A stretch of DNA of 54,022 bases, taken from positions 1 to 54,022 of the forward strand of contig JBHHVV010000001.1 of the NCBI GenBank assembly GCA_046754445.1. Reading direction: 5' to 3'. The notes under the pieces were generated by a model. The model searched no databases. It was not told the origin of the DNA and was given only the letters and a program-made list of their open reading frames with translations. The first letter of the stretch is position 1. Each line of letters opens with the position of its first letter. A program made the translations under genes and the position numbers. Below are positions 9,538 to 19,012 of the stretch, piece by piece. This DNA comes from Nitrosopumilus sp. (GTDB lineage Archaea > Thermoproteota > Nitrososphaeria > Nitrososphaerales > Nitrosopumilaceae).

Positions 9538-9930
9538 TTAATTCATAATTTCATAAAAATCAATATTCCTTTGAAAGATCATCAATTGTTTTTTTATTTC
9601 TAGTCGATCAAATGGTTTTGTAATATATCCATGAACTCCCACATCTCTAGCCTCTGCTCTAGTGTTAGTTTTGTCAGATGATGATACTATCACTATCTTT
9701 GCATTAGGATCAAATAATTTAATCTGTTTCGCTGCTTCTATTCCATTTAATTCCGGCATATCAATATCCATTGTTACCAGATCTGGTTTTTTTATTTTAT
9801 ACATTTTTAGAACTTCTATTCCATTTTTTACTTCAAAAATTTCTCTCACATTTGCAGTATTTTTAAAAATTTTTGAAAGGAATGTTCTCATAAACGCAGA
9901 ATCATCTGCAACAAGTACACTATAACTCAT
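9538..9930 (-). CDS. Single-domain response regulator, CheY-like
   Basis: VLVADDSAFMR, KPDLVTMDIDMPELNG, IVIVSS, GYITKPF. Confidence 0.9.
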   Translation of the reverse strand: MSYSVLVADDSAFMRTFLSKIFKNTANVREIFEVKNGIEVLKMYKIKKPDLVTMDIDMPELNGIEAAKQIKLFDPNAKIVIVSSSDKTNTRAEARDVGVHGYITKPFDRLEIKKQLMIFQRNIDFYEIMN

Positions 9931-10200
9931 TATTTCTCCTGTAAATAATTACTAGATTATATTTTTCAAATATATGATTATCATATTATAGTACTATATT
10001 AGATTTATCTGTATTTTTTTAAAAATACTTTCAAATAATTTTTTTAGCATATTAAAAATCAAATTTGTATTTATTGCAAAATTGTTGTCTCTGAATTAAT
10101 GTAAATTCATTATATGATGTAATTTTATAATTTGATTTTCACTAATCATTTCTGACTGATATATATTGAAAAACAAAATATAATTAAATTCAAATTTTAT

Positions 10201-10578
10201 TTATGTTTTAATTTTCACCTCTGTATATTTTTCAGCTAAAGATAATAACTCATCTATTCCCAATGGTTTTGAAATAACTTTCATTAGTCCTTGTTTAACT
10301 GCATCAATGTTTTTTGGTTCTGATTCCCCATATCCTGTAACAATCACCACTTTTGCATTGTTATCTATATCTTTGATTTGTTTGAAAGCTTCATATCCGT
10401 TTAACACAGGCATTTCACCATCCATTATTACTAATGATGGACATATTTGATTAAATTTCTCAACGGCTTCCTTTCCATTTCCTGCTATATGTAGATCAAA
10501 TCCATGAACTTTTAAAATTTCTTGATATATTGAGATTAAATCTAAATCATCTTCCACTAACAATATTGTATTATCCAA
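10201..10578 (-). CDS. Single-domain response regulator (receiver)
   Basis: ILLVEDD, VIMDGEMPVLNG, VTGY, ISKP; TTG at 10578 is the likely start (ORF track extends to 10632). Confidence 0.88.
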   Translation of the reverse strand: MDNTILLVEDDLDLISIYQEILKVHGFDLHIAGNGKEAVEKFNQICPSLVIMDGEMPVLNGYEAFKQIKDIDNNAKVVIVTGYGESEPKNIDAVKQGLMKVISKPLGIDELLSLAEKYTEVKIKT

Positions 10579-10734
10579 TGAAATAATATGTTCATACTTT
10601 ACTATTAAAGACTGTTTGCACGTTTTAATCAAACATCGTAATACATCTTCTCAAAAAATTTTACGAGCCTAAAAAAATTAACAATTAATCAAAATACATC
10701 TTTATACATTCAGTAAATATGTGACGTTAAGAGT

Positions 10735-12528
10735 TTGAACAGTATAGCCTTTTCATCAATTAACAATAAACGAACACTCGTTACTTTAATCATCACTTTA
10801 GTAGGATTTACTATTCTGTACCAAACAAGACTATTTCTTAATGATGCTCAATTCATGTGGATTTCAATTCCAACATATGCAATTCTTCCGGGATTTCTTA
10901 CTGTTTATTCTTCAATTCTGACAGTAAAATTATTCCGACAACATCATTTTCAAGCAAAAGCTTTTCTTTTATTTGCATTAGGTTCCGCATCTTGGTTTAT
11001 TGCTGAACAAATATGGCAAGCTTATGATCACATCTGGGAAGGAGAGCCATTCCCATCAGAGGCAGATATTTTTTATGTTTTTGCATATCCGATGATGATC
11101 TCGTTTCTATTATTGTCCATCAGGCCTATTTTCAAACACATTAGCAAGAATGTTTGGTTGTTTGCAATTGGTTTGTCTTTCTCGTTTTTGATTCCATCTA
11201 TTTTGGCTGCATATGATGATATATCTGATGAAAATACATTTGCAGTTTCAATTGCACTTGCGTACCCACTATTATCTTCAATTGAATTAGTTCCAGCAAT
11301 TGTGGGTGTCTTATTTCTTACAAAGAGAGGAGCAAATTTTTCTTGGATGTTGATATTATTTGGATTAATTATATACAGCATAGCTGATACGTTTTTTCTA
11401 TTCGCAGAACTTGACGGATCCTATTATGATGGACATCCAGTTGATTTGATCTACGTCTATAGTTATATTCTATTAATTTTTTCTATTTTTAGTCGTTTAA
11501 ACATTGCAAACATTACTTCAGAAAAATACGCAATGTTCTTTTCTGAAAATATCCAATATGATGCCGTTAGAAAATTTGGAATTCCATTAACCTTGGCAAT
11601 TGTTTGTCTAGTTGTACTCATTTCATTAATTGATACCGTATTCATTCAAACTAATCAAGTTATTTCAACTCAGAACATCACATTTGGAGTTATTGCAATG
11701 CTTGTAGTCTTTGTTGTAATAGTTTTAACCATAAACAAGAATCTTTCAAAATTAGTCCAGATGAGAACTAGTGAATTAACTAAACAAAGAGATAATCTTG
11801 AACATCTTGTAGAGAAAAAAACCCATGAATTATTAAAATCTGAACGTCTCTCAGCAATTGGAGAATTATCTGGACGTCTTGCTCATGACCTAAGAAATCC
11901 ATTATCTGTAATGAGAATGTCTGTGGATTTGATAAATCAAACATCTTCAGATACAAAAATTTCTGATGAAAAAATTGTTGATCGTATTGATTTGATAAAG
12001 AAGAGTATTGATAGAATCTCTCATCAGGTTGATGATGTGCTAGGCTATGTGAGAAATTCACCTCTAAAATTAACCCAAATTTCTCTAAATAATTTAATTC
12101 AGACTACTTTAGAAAAAGTCAATATTCCACAAAATTTTGAGGTAAAAGTTTCTGAAAATGATTTTCAAATAAATTGTGATCCAATAAAACTTGAGGCTGT
12201 ATTTCTCAATCTCATTACAAACTCAATTCAAGCGATGACTAAAGGAGGAAAACTTGAGATTGACATATCAAAAAATAAAGACTTTGTTGTTCTTGACTTT
12301 GTTGATTCAGGTGAAGGAATTTCTAACGAAAACCTTCCAAAAGTCTTTGAACCATTATTTACTACTAAACAAAAAGGAACTGGTTTAGGTTTGGCTAGCT
12401 GCAAAAACATTATTGAACAACATGAAGGAAAAATTTCAGTCAAAAACAATCCTACAAAATTCACAATAATAATTCCTAGAGACTTCTCTTTAGAAATTTC
12501 TAAAATTAAAAATAAAGAAAAATTATAG
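10735..12528 (+). CDS. Multi-TM sensor histidine kinase
   Basis: About 9 TM segments, H-box LAHDLRNPL, N-box NLITNS, DSGEG, FTTK, GTGLGL. Confidence 0.93.
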   Translation: MNSIAFSSINNKRTLVTLIITLVGFTILYQTRLFLNDAQFMWISIPTYAILPGFLTVYSSILTVKLFRQHHFQAKAFLLFALGSASWFIAEQIWQAYDHIWEGEPFPSEADIFYVFAYPMMISFLLLSIRPIFKHISKNVWLFAIGLSFSFLIPSILAAYDDISDENTFAVSIALAYPLLSSIELVPAIVGVLFLTKRGANFSWMLILFGLIIYSIADTFFLFAELDGSYYDGHPVDLIYVYSYILLIFSIFSRLNIANITSEKYAMFFSENIQYDAVRKFGIPLTLAIVCLVVLISLIDTVFIQTNQVISTQNITFGVIAMLVVFVVIVLTINKNLSKLVQMRTSELTKQRDNLEHLVEKKTHELLKSERLSAIGELSGRLAHDLRNPLSVMRMSVDLINQTSSDTKISDEKIVDRIDLIKKSIDRISHQVDDVLGYVRNSPLKLTQISLNNLIQTTLEKVNIPQNFEVKVSENDFQINCDPIKLEAVFLNLITNSIQAMTKGGKLEIDISKNKDFVVLDFVDSGEGISNENLPKVFEPLFTTKQKGTGLGLASCKNIIEQHEGKISVKNNPTKFTIIIPRDFSLEISKIKNKEKL

Positions 12529-13077
12529 TTTTCTTAAAAGAGTAAATCTAGATTTGTCAGGTTCTATATCTTCATGCATATCTACGTTACTGACAATTTT
12601 TACATTATAGTTGAGCCATCTCTTGCAAACATTTCGAAATTTATGATTACTGTCAATGATCTTTTCTGTCTCTTCAAATTTCTCACAATTCATAATATAT
12701 TTTCCAGCGACCCTATACATTTCTGAAATTCCTTTATCTAATGTGTCGTCATCCAAATAATTCAATAATTGATGAGTGAAAACAAAATCTATAGAGGAAT
12801 CATCAAATGGCAATTCTGTAATGCTTGCTTTTTTAAAATTTCCAATTGGTAATTTCTCTTTTGCAATATCTAATGCTTTTTCATTTAGATCAACTCCATA
12901 AATCTGAAATGTATTTGGAAATAATCGTAAATCTATACCAGTTCCACATCCAATTTCAAGAATACTGGTACATCTTAAGGAAACAGATAAGTCTCTGGTA
13001 AATTTTGCAAATTCTTTGTTGTATCTGGCTTCATTTTCATCTGTATATTTGTCCCAAAATTCCTTATTGTAATTCAT
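12523..13077 (-). CDS. Class I SAM-dependent methyltransferase
   Basis: ILEIGCGTG, GVDLN, LPFDDSSIDFV. Confidence 0.88.
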   Translation of the reverse strand: MNYNKEFWDKYTDENEARYNKEFAKFTRDLSVSLRCTSILEIGCGTGIDLRLFPNTFQIYGVDLNEKALDIAKEKLPIGNFKKASITELPFDDSSIDFVFTHQLLNYLDDDTLDKGISEMYRVAGKYIMNCEKFEETEKIIDSNHKFRNVCKRWLNYNVKIVSNVDMHEDIEPDKSRFTLLRKL

Positions 13078-13114
13078 AAAATTCTTCAATTGGAGCTGTA
13101 TTTGATACTAATTG

Positions 13115-13276
13115 TTAGTGTTGACATTTGCATGGGACCAATTTTGTATCAAAAGTACAATCATGTGGTCCGTCTGATTTTCCTTGAGTAGGAATTTCTT
13201 TCATACAATCATTGTGACGCCCTTTCCTACAAAACCAACAGATTTCTAAAGTATCTCCAGGAGCACAAGAATCCAT
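13115..13276 (-). CDS. Small Cys/His-rich protein (53 aa), putative metal-binding
   Basis: Hand-translated: MDSCAPGDTLEICWFCRKGRHNDCMKEIPTQGKSDGPHDCTFDTKLVPCKCQH; fills the gap between two co-oriented genes. Confidence 0.7.
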   Translation of the reverse strand: MDSCAPGDTLEICWFCRKGRHNDCMKEIPTQGKSDGPHDCTFDTKLVPCKCQH

Positions 13277-13316
13277 AATCATCAATCATATTTGTTGGTA
13301 AAAAACTTCGTGGAAA

Positions 13317-14231
13317 TTAGATATATGTTAACCATGGCAAAAATCTTTCATCTTTACCCATAACTACATCTGAAAATGATCTTTGTAATGCTTTTGTAAT
13401 ATTTCCCATCTTCCCATTTCCAATTTTTACTTTGTCAATCTGTGTAACTGATTTTACTTCAGCAGCAGTACCTGTCATGAATATCTCATCAGCTGTATAG
13501 AGATCATCTCTTTCTATATCTCGTTCAATTACAAACCCACTGTTTTCTTCAATGATTTGAATAATGCTGTCTCTGGTAATGCCTTCTAAACCACCTGCTG
13601 AAAGTGGAGGTGTTTGAATGACATTGTCTTTAACAATAAAAATATTTTCAGCACTACCTTCAGCTACTTTTCCATGTGAATTTAACATGATAGCTTCATC
13701 ATATCCATTTTCCAATGCTTCCATCCTTGCAAGTGCGGCATTTGCATAGTTAGATGCAGCTTTTGCTTGCATTGGTTGAGATCTTGAATCAATTTTTATC
13801 CAACTTGACATCTTACATTTTGCACCCGAAAATTTTCCTGCTTTAGATTCTCCCATTTTCCATTCCCAACATGCAATAGATACATCTACTTTATTCTGAG
13901 TTGGAGTTAGACCCATTGTTCCATATCCGTAATATGCTAATGGTCTAATGTATGATTCTTTAAGTCCGCTAGTTTTTACAGTTTTAATTATTGCATCTGA
14001 AATTTCTTTTTTTGTGAATTGCATTTTCATTGAATACAATTTTGCAGATTTGAAGAATCTATCAACATGCTCTGGTAATCTAAAAATCGCTGAACCGCTT
14101 GGAGTGTTGTAACATCTTATTCCTTCAAATATTGATGTTGAATAATGTAATGCATGTGTCAACACATGTACTTTGGCATCTTTGAATGGTACTAATTTTC
14201 CATTCATCCATATTTTGCCAATCTCTTTCAT
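13317..14231 (-). CDS. ilvE: Branched-chain amino acid aminotransferase
   Basis: HALHYSTSIFEGIRCY, YIRP, AKAASNY, AEGSAENIF, LEGITR, TGTAAEV. Confidence 0.95.
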   Translation of the reverse strand: MKEIGKIWMNGKLVPFKDAKVHVLTHALHYSTSIFEGIRCYNTPSGSAIFRLPEHVDRFFKSAKLYSMKMQFTKKEISDAIIKTVKTSGLKESYIRPLAYYGYGTMGLTPTQNKVDVSIACWEWKMGESKAGKFSGAKCKMSSWIKIDSRSQPMQAKAASNYANAALARMEALENGYDEAIMLNSHGKVAEGSAENIFIVKDNVIQTPPLSAGGLEGITRDSIIQIIEENSGFVIERDIERDDLYTADEIFMTGTAAEVKSVTQIDKVKIGNGKMGNITKALQRSFSDVVMGKDERFLPWLTYI

Positions 14232-14315
14232 AGGAGACAAAAAAAACCCTGCTAATTTAAAGAATTATCTTTTGATTCTGGTATTACTATGATGTGGAAA
14301 CTACATATTTAATGA

Positions 14316-14537
14316 ATGACTAATTTTAGCATGGAATGGATTTTAGGTTCAATCGCAATTGCACTTCTAGTAATAGGCTTAGTAGGTCAGGCATTTGAAA
14401 TGAGAAAAATCCGTTTGACAACATACAAAGATGAAGATTTAGGCTCAGCAAATATTTTCATGAATAAAAAAAACTTCAAGTGGTATGCCATTCTTGGAAT
14501 TGGAATTATTCTATGGTATGCAGCTGAGCGTTTGTAA
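14316..14537 (+). CDS. Small two-TM hypothetical protein
   Basis: Hydrophobic termini, charged centre. Confidence 0.7.
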   Translation: MTNFSMEWILGSIAIALLVIGLVGQAFEMRKIRLTTYKDEDLGSANIFMNKKNFKWYAILGIGIILWYAAERL

Positions 14538-14591
14538 AATGATCTATATAGATCAGCTCTAAATACTAGAAACTGCTAGTAATAATATCGC

Positions 14592-14682
14592 GTGTTGTGG
14601 GTAACGCCCGGACTGAATCTAGATAATGGTCCAAGAACAAACCCTTGATGGCGGTACAGGTGTAAAAACCCGTGCGCCACAC
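14592..14682 (+). ncRNA. Candidate structured non-coding RNA (~91 nt)
   Basis: 47/91 G+C in an AT-rich genome; helices GTGT/ACAC, GGGT/ACCC, GGACT/GGTCC, TGGCG-GTAC..GTGC-GCCA; TATA-like CTAAATA ~25-30 nt upstream; TTTT directly after; lies between convergent genes. Confidence 0.55.
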
Positions 14683-14687
14683 TTTTC

Positions 14688-16103
14688 CTAAATAAAATTA
14701 ATCTCTGAAATTTCTTTGTGAATTGCTTTTATCGCTTTACTAATATTGTCTTCGGCATCTTCTACAACAATAATAATTCGTGATGTTTCTTCTTGTGCAT
14801 CCATATTCAAAATATTCAATCCCGCTTCACCGATCTTTGCACTTGTTCTTGAAGCAACTTGTTGAACTCTCCACATCTCATCACCAATTAATGTGATCAC
14901 TCCTCTCTTGTATGTAATTGTAGCAAGCGAATCAAACCCTAACAAATATTTTTCATTTCTCTTTACATAATCACCATCTAAAAACAAAATTCTAGAAAAT
15001 CCTATCCCATCTTTAGTAAATGGTGATAAAATAATAAATTCACTATAACGTTTGTCTTTTTCTAACGAAGTTAATAATTTCTGAATAGAATTCGTTTCAA
15101 TTCTAAAAATTGCACAATTTTCTTTTCCAGTAACTATTTTTATTGGATGTCCTTTTTGTTCATCTAATACTCTTTTGATGGTAGTGATTTTTTCTGGATT
15201 ATTCATATTTGTTACAGTAATTGGCATGTCTACTCCATTTTCTACAATCTCTTTAATTGCAATTGGATCTAAAATTTTCATACCAAACATTCCCGCAAGT
15301 CTTGCTTCATTATATGACAACTGATCTACTTCTCTTAACTCTGTTTCAACAATCTTTGGATCTGCTGAAACTACGGCACTATCTTTTTCAAAATCTATAC
15401 TGGTGTTGTATTTTTTATGAAATAATATTCCTAAATCAGCAGCTGTTCTATCTGAACCTCCCCGTTCATAAGTTGTCGTTACATTATCAATTGTTTTTCC
15501 GATAAATCCTCCCATGGAAACTACCTCATTTTGTTCAACCAATTCTCCCATTTTTCCTAATTTCTCTCTTGATTCTGATGGAAGAAAATTAGTAGATTCA
15601 ATATTGTTATCAGTAATAATTGGCCAATCATCAAATTCAACTGCATCAGACTTTATTCCATTACTTCTTAGAATGTGATTCATTACATGTGACATTAATA
15701 TCTCACCTGAAAATGCAAGTGCTCTAGAGCGAATCTCATCTACAAATTCCTTACTCTCAAAGGCATCATCTAGTGCATTTTGTGTCATTTCTAAATTAGA
15801 ATTAATTACAATTCTGCAGTTTTCTTTATTTTCAGAATTTACCATTTCCAGAATTTTTTGATAAGTTGACCTTACAATGTCAAGTGAGGGAGATATCCCA
15901 CTCTCTGCATTTCTTCCTTGCTCTAATATCACATCTGTGAGTGATCGCTTTTTTTCATTATGTATTGTCAAAGGTGCTGAAAAAACTGCAATAACCTTGG
16001 AATTTTTTTTTAAATCATTGATACGCTGAATAATTTTAGGAATAAGCACTCCATCTGGACCTAGTGCACTTCCACCAAATTTGGCTACTATTAGATTAGT
16101 CAT
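14688..16103 (-). CDS. lysC: Aspartate kinase
   Basis: VAKFGGS, TTYERGGSDRTA, SADPK, LSYNEA, GMKILDP; C-terminal ACT-like domain. Confidence 0.88.
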   Translation of the reverse strand: MTNLIVAKFGGSALGPDGVLIPKIIQRINDLKKNSKVIAVFSAPLTIHNEKKRSLTDVILEQGRNAESGISPSLDIVRSTYQKILEMVNSENKENCRIVINSNLEMTQNALDDAFESKEFVDEIRSRALAFSGEILMSHVMNHILRSNGIKSDAVEFDDWPIITDNNIESTNFLPSESREKLGKMGELVEQNEVVSMGGFIGKTIDNVTTTYERGGSDRTAADLGILFHKKYNTSIDFEKDSAVVSADPKIVETELREVDQLSYNEARLAGMFGMKILDPIAIKEIVENGVDMPITVTNMNNPEKITTIKRVLDEQKGHPIKIVTGKENCAIFRIETNSIQKLLTSLEKDKRYSEFIILSPFTKDGIGFSRILFLDGDYVKRNEKYLLGFDSLATITYKRGVITLIGDEMWRVQQVASRTSAKIGEAGLNILNMDAQEETSRIIIVVEDAEDNISKAIKAIHKEISEINFI

Positions 16104-16145
16104 AGTACTTCACCAAAACTCAGTGGCCTTTTAAGTATTTGATTG

Positions 16146-17162
16146 TTATTTGATTAAATTTTTAATAATTTTTGAAGCAATTTCTGCACCATCAATGTTT
16201 ACCTGTTTTCTCCTCACTTCTAGTTTTTCTAAAATTAATTTATCAAGTATTTTGATATCATCAAAACTAAATCCTTGTTCTCTTGCATTATCTTCTTGTT
16301 CAAAATGTCCCTTTATTGGAATGAATATTGCAGGTGTTCCATATGCATTTGCTTCATCAATAGTTGATTTTCCAGCTAGTGAAATTAACAAATCTGCAGC
16401 TGAAATTAATTCATGTAAATTATTTACAAATCCATAATTCTTAACATTTTCAAATTTTCTAGAAACTGCTGGACCTGACACTAAGATTATTTCAATATCT
16501 TGATTTATTTTTGAAATTGCTTCTAACGCATTTTCAATAAGAAATAATCCTGCATCAGTTCCACCAATAGATATTACTATGGTTTTTCTCTCAAATGAGA
16601 ATTTCTTTCGTAATTCTTCTCTCGAATACCTTGTTTTCCTAACAATAGGGCCTACTCTTTTGATGTTATCTTGATCCTCTCCATACTCAGGTAAAATTAT
16701 GACTTCACATTTTTTACTAATATCTTGCATTGCTCTGTTCATCTTTTTTTCAATTATTGATGAAATCCCTTTAGTAAAATGAGTCTCTAAAATATCTGTA
16801 ACAAGTACCGTTGGTATTTTCATTTCTTGTGCAACTGTTAAAGATGCAAAATCCTCATCACTAATCACCAAGTTTGGAATATCTTCTTTCAAAACTCTCT
16901 CTGAGATATTCTTACATTCTTTATAGTATTGATAATAACGCCATAACCACTTTGCAGGATTCTTCAATGATCCGTTTTCAATAATAAACGAAGGTGGATT
17001 ATATACATCTTGAACCTGTAAATCTAGATTTTTTAGAATTTTTGCAGCTCCACTACCAGTAACAAAGTTTGTTGAAACATTTTCAAAATTATCTGCAATT
17101 GCTATGTCTCGAGTTACATGGCCTAAACCAATTGGACTGGAAAAAAAATCAAAAATATTCAT
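16146..17162 (-). CDS. GT-B glycosyltransferase, GT28/MurG-like
   Basis: GLGHVTR, VISDED, ISIGGT, LISLAGKSTIDEA, HFEQEDNA. Confidence 0.85.
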   Translation of the reverse strand: MNIFDFFSSPIGLGHVTRDIAIADNFENVSTNFVTGSGAAKILKNLDLQVQDVYNPPSFIIENGSLKNPAKWLWRYYQYYKECKNISERVLKEDIPNLVISDEDFASLTVAQEMKIPTVLVTDILETHFTKGISSIIEKKMNRAMQDISKKCEVIILPEYGEDQDNIKRVGPIVRKTRYSREELRKKFSFERKTIVISIGGTDAGLFLIENALEAISKINQDIEIILVSGPAVSRKFENVKNYGFVNNLHELISAADLLISLAGKSTIDEANAYGTPAIFIPIKGHFEQEDNAREQGFSFDDIKILDKLILEKLEVRRKQVNIDGAEIASKIIKNLIK

Positions 17163-17241
17163 GAATTTCTAAATTATTAATCAAATTTCTAGATTCTCCC
17201 ACGTCTCAAAGTTTAAATGGATTTCAACAAGGTAGGTTTCT

Positions 17242-17316
17242 GGGCTCATAGTCCAGGTCGGTTATGACGTCGCCCTTACACGGCGAAGATCCGGGGTTCA
17301 AATCCCCGTGGGCCCA
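17242..17316 (+). tRNA. tRNA-Val (TAC)
   Basis: Acceptor GGGCTCA/TGGGCCC; anticodon arm TCGCC-CT TAC AC-GGCGA; T-loop TTCAAAT. Confidence 0.95.
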
Positions 17317-17456
17317 TTTTGACTCAACTAATCCCATCTTACATTTTTCTTACAAAATTCTAGTTTTTGAGTTCAATTTGGACAATAATTGTTTGATTAG
17401 TGTTCTTTTAAAACGGACTAACAACTATTCATAGTTAGATAAAGTAGAGTTGCTTT

Positions 17457-18125
17457 ATGATTCCAACAAGCGATGGAAAACAAATCCTTACACAACTATC
17501 AGATACTAAAGAATTTTCAGATATAGTAGATAATGTTGCAATTATTAAAAATACTAACTCATTAACTAAAAAATATCTTGAATCAGTAATTAATGAAAAT
17601 TTATTAGAAAATTTTCAAAAAATTGAAGAAGCAATACTAAATCTGCAGAATATTTTTGAAGAAAATAAAAAATCAGTAATTAAAACACAAAATAATCATA
17701 CTGAGGAAATGACTTATGTCTCATTATTTGAAATTCTTAAACAATCTATTCCAGAGAATATTCCGTCTGAAATTTTTATAACTCTTCCCAAACATGATTT
17801 TGCAATTAAAGGCATAAAAAAGAAATTGATTACACTTTTTTCCAGCTTAATTAGAAACTCAATTCAGGCAATGGAGACAAAGGGTACAATCACTATTAGA
17901 GCATTTGAATCAAATAAACAAGTGCGAATTGAGGTTGAAGATACTGGGAATGGAATTTCTGAAGAAATGATGAAACACCTTTTCATATCTCATACATCTA
18001 CAAAAAAATATGGTACCGGTCTTGGTACTACTCTTGCAAAATCTATAGTTGATTTACACGGTGGCACTATCTCTGCTAAAAATAATCCTACAACTTTTAC
18101 AATTCAACTACCAGTTAATGATTAA
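17457..18125 (+). CDS. Cytoplasmic histidine-kinase-like ATPase (HATPase_c) with degenerate H-box
   Basis: RNSIQA, EDTGNG, STKKYGTGLG, HGG, NNPTTF present; no HDLRNP-type motif. Confidence 0.8.
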   Translation: MIPTSDGKQILTQLSDTKEFSDIVDNVAIIKNTNSLTKKYLESVINENLLENFQKIEEAILNLQNIFEENKKSVIKTQNNHTEEMTYVSLFEILKQSIPENIPSEIFITLPKHDFAIKGIKKKLITLFSSLIRNSIQAMETKGTITIRAFESNKQVRIEVEDTGNGISEEMMKHLFISHTSTKKYGTGLGTTLAKSIVDLHGGTISAKNNPTTFTIQLPVND

Positions 18126-18357
18126 ATAAAATCTTTTTTCATTTTTAAATAATTAAAAAATATGTTTTTAAAATCAAGACAACGAGAAATACTTGGAAAA
18201 CAAAAGAATCTAGGAACGATTACCATAACATGAATTGTTTCCCATACCTATCACTCTACTACGCAGAATAACGGTTTCTCGTTACAGTTAATACGTCAAA
18301 ATGATATTTAAGATTGATCCAAATTTTCACTTGTCAACAAAAAAGATCTTAATTTTT

Positions 18358-18456
18358 CTATTTTCTAAAGACCATCCAAATTCTTATTCCTACAAAAATT
18401 CCAACTGCAGAAACTATCATTATAATGATTATTGTTTGTCCTATATTTTCTTCCAA
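18358..18456 (-). CDS. Putative single-TM micro-protein (32 aa)
   Basis: MEENIGQTIIIIMIVSAVGIFVGIRIWMVFRK from a TTG preceded by AGGTGA (SD-like). Confidence 0.5.
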   Translation of the reverse strand: MEENIGQTIIIIMIVSAVGIFVGIRIWMVFRK

Positions 18457-18525
18457 TCTATTCACCTAAATTCTCTCTATGCTAGATATCATGCAATTCT
18501 TAAAGAATAATACTATAATCTAATC

Positions 18526-18978
18526 ATGAGTAATGTAATCATAAGAGAGTTTTTTGATAAAGATATTCATATGATTCTTGAATTATTGTATGAACTTGGT
18601 CGCCCAAAACCAGAAAAAGATTCAGATGTTCAGACTTTTAGCAAATTAGTAAAAAAATACCTTGATGATTCGGATAAAAAAATACTTGTTGCATACCTTG
18701 ATGGAATTGAGATTGCTGGTATGGTGAGTGCCGTGTTGTTGCCAAGACTAAATCATTCTACTTTGGAACTATACATTCCAGAATTGATAGTTAGACAAAA
18801 ATATCAAAATCAAGGTATTGGCCGAAAACTCATCAATTCTTGCATTTCCTTAGGACAAGAGAAAAATTGTCATAGAATTAGATTGGAATCTGGAAATAAA
18901 CGAAAAGAATCACATCAATTCTATAAAAATATGGGATTTCAGCAATCTGGTCTTTCATTTACAAAGATTTTGGATTAA
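18526..18978 (+). CDS. GNAT family N-acetyltransferase
   Basis: ELIVRQKYQNQGIGRKL, SHQFYKNMGF. Confidence 0.9.
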   Translation: MSNVIIREFFDKDIHMILELLYELGRPKPEKDSDVQTFSKLVKKYLDDSDKKILVAYLDGIEIAGMVSAVLLPRLNHSTLELYIPELIVRQKYQNQGIGRKLINSCISLGQEKNCHRIRLESGNKRKESHQFYKNMGFQQSGLSFTKILD

Positions 18979-19012
18979 AACCTAAAAATTGAATTTTTTG
19001 AATATTATATTA

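Noticed and set aside
8279-12528. Integrated mobile element with att sites at tRNA-Lys (also checked by eye at tRNA-Val and tRNA-Ala)
   Set aside because: No duplicated tRNA 3' end and no integrase or transposase seen
14541-14554. Perfect palindrome GATCTATATAGATC
   Set aside because: Single AT-rich occurrence; could be an operator for the downstream RNA but cannot be supported from the sequence alone
14592-14682. 5S rRNA or twister ribozyme
   Set aside because: Too short and lacks the CGAAC loop C and loop E of 5S; lacks the twister GAG and L4 consensus. Kept only as an unclassified ncRNA candidate
18301-18510. 69-aa + strand ORF
   Set aside because: Atypical composition; better explained by the minus-strand 32-aa TM peptide with an SD
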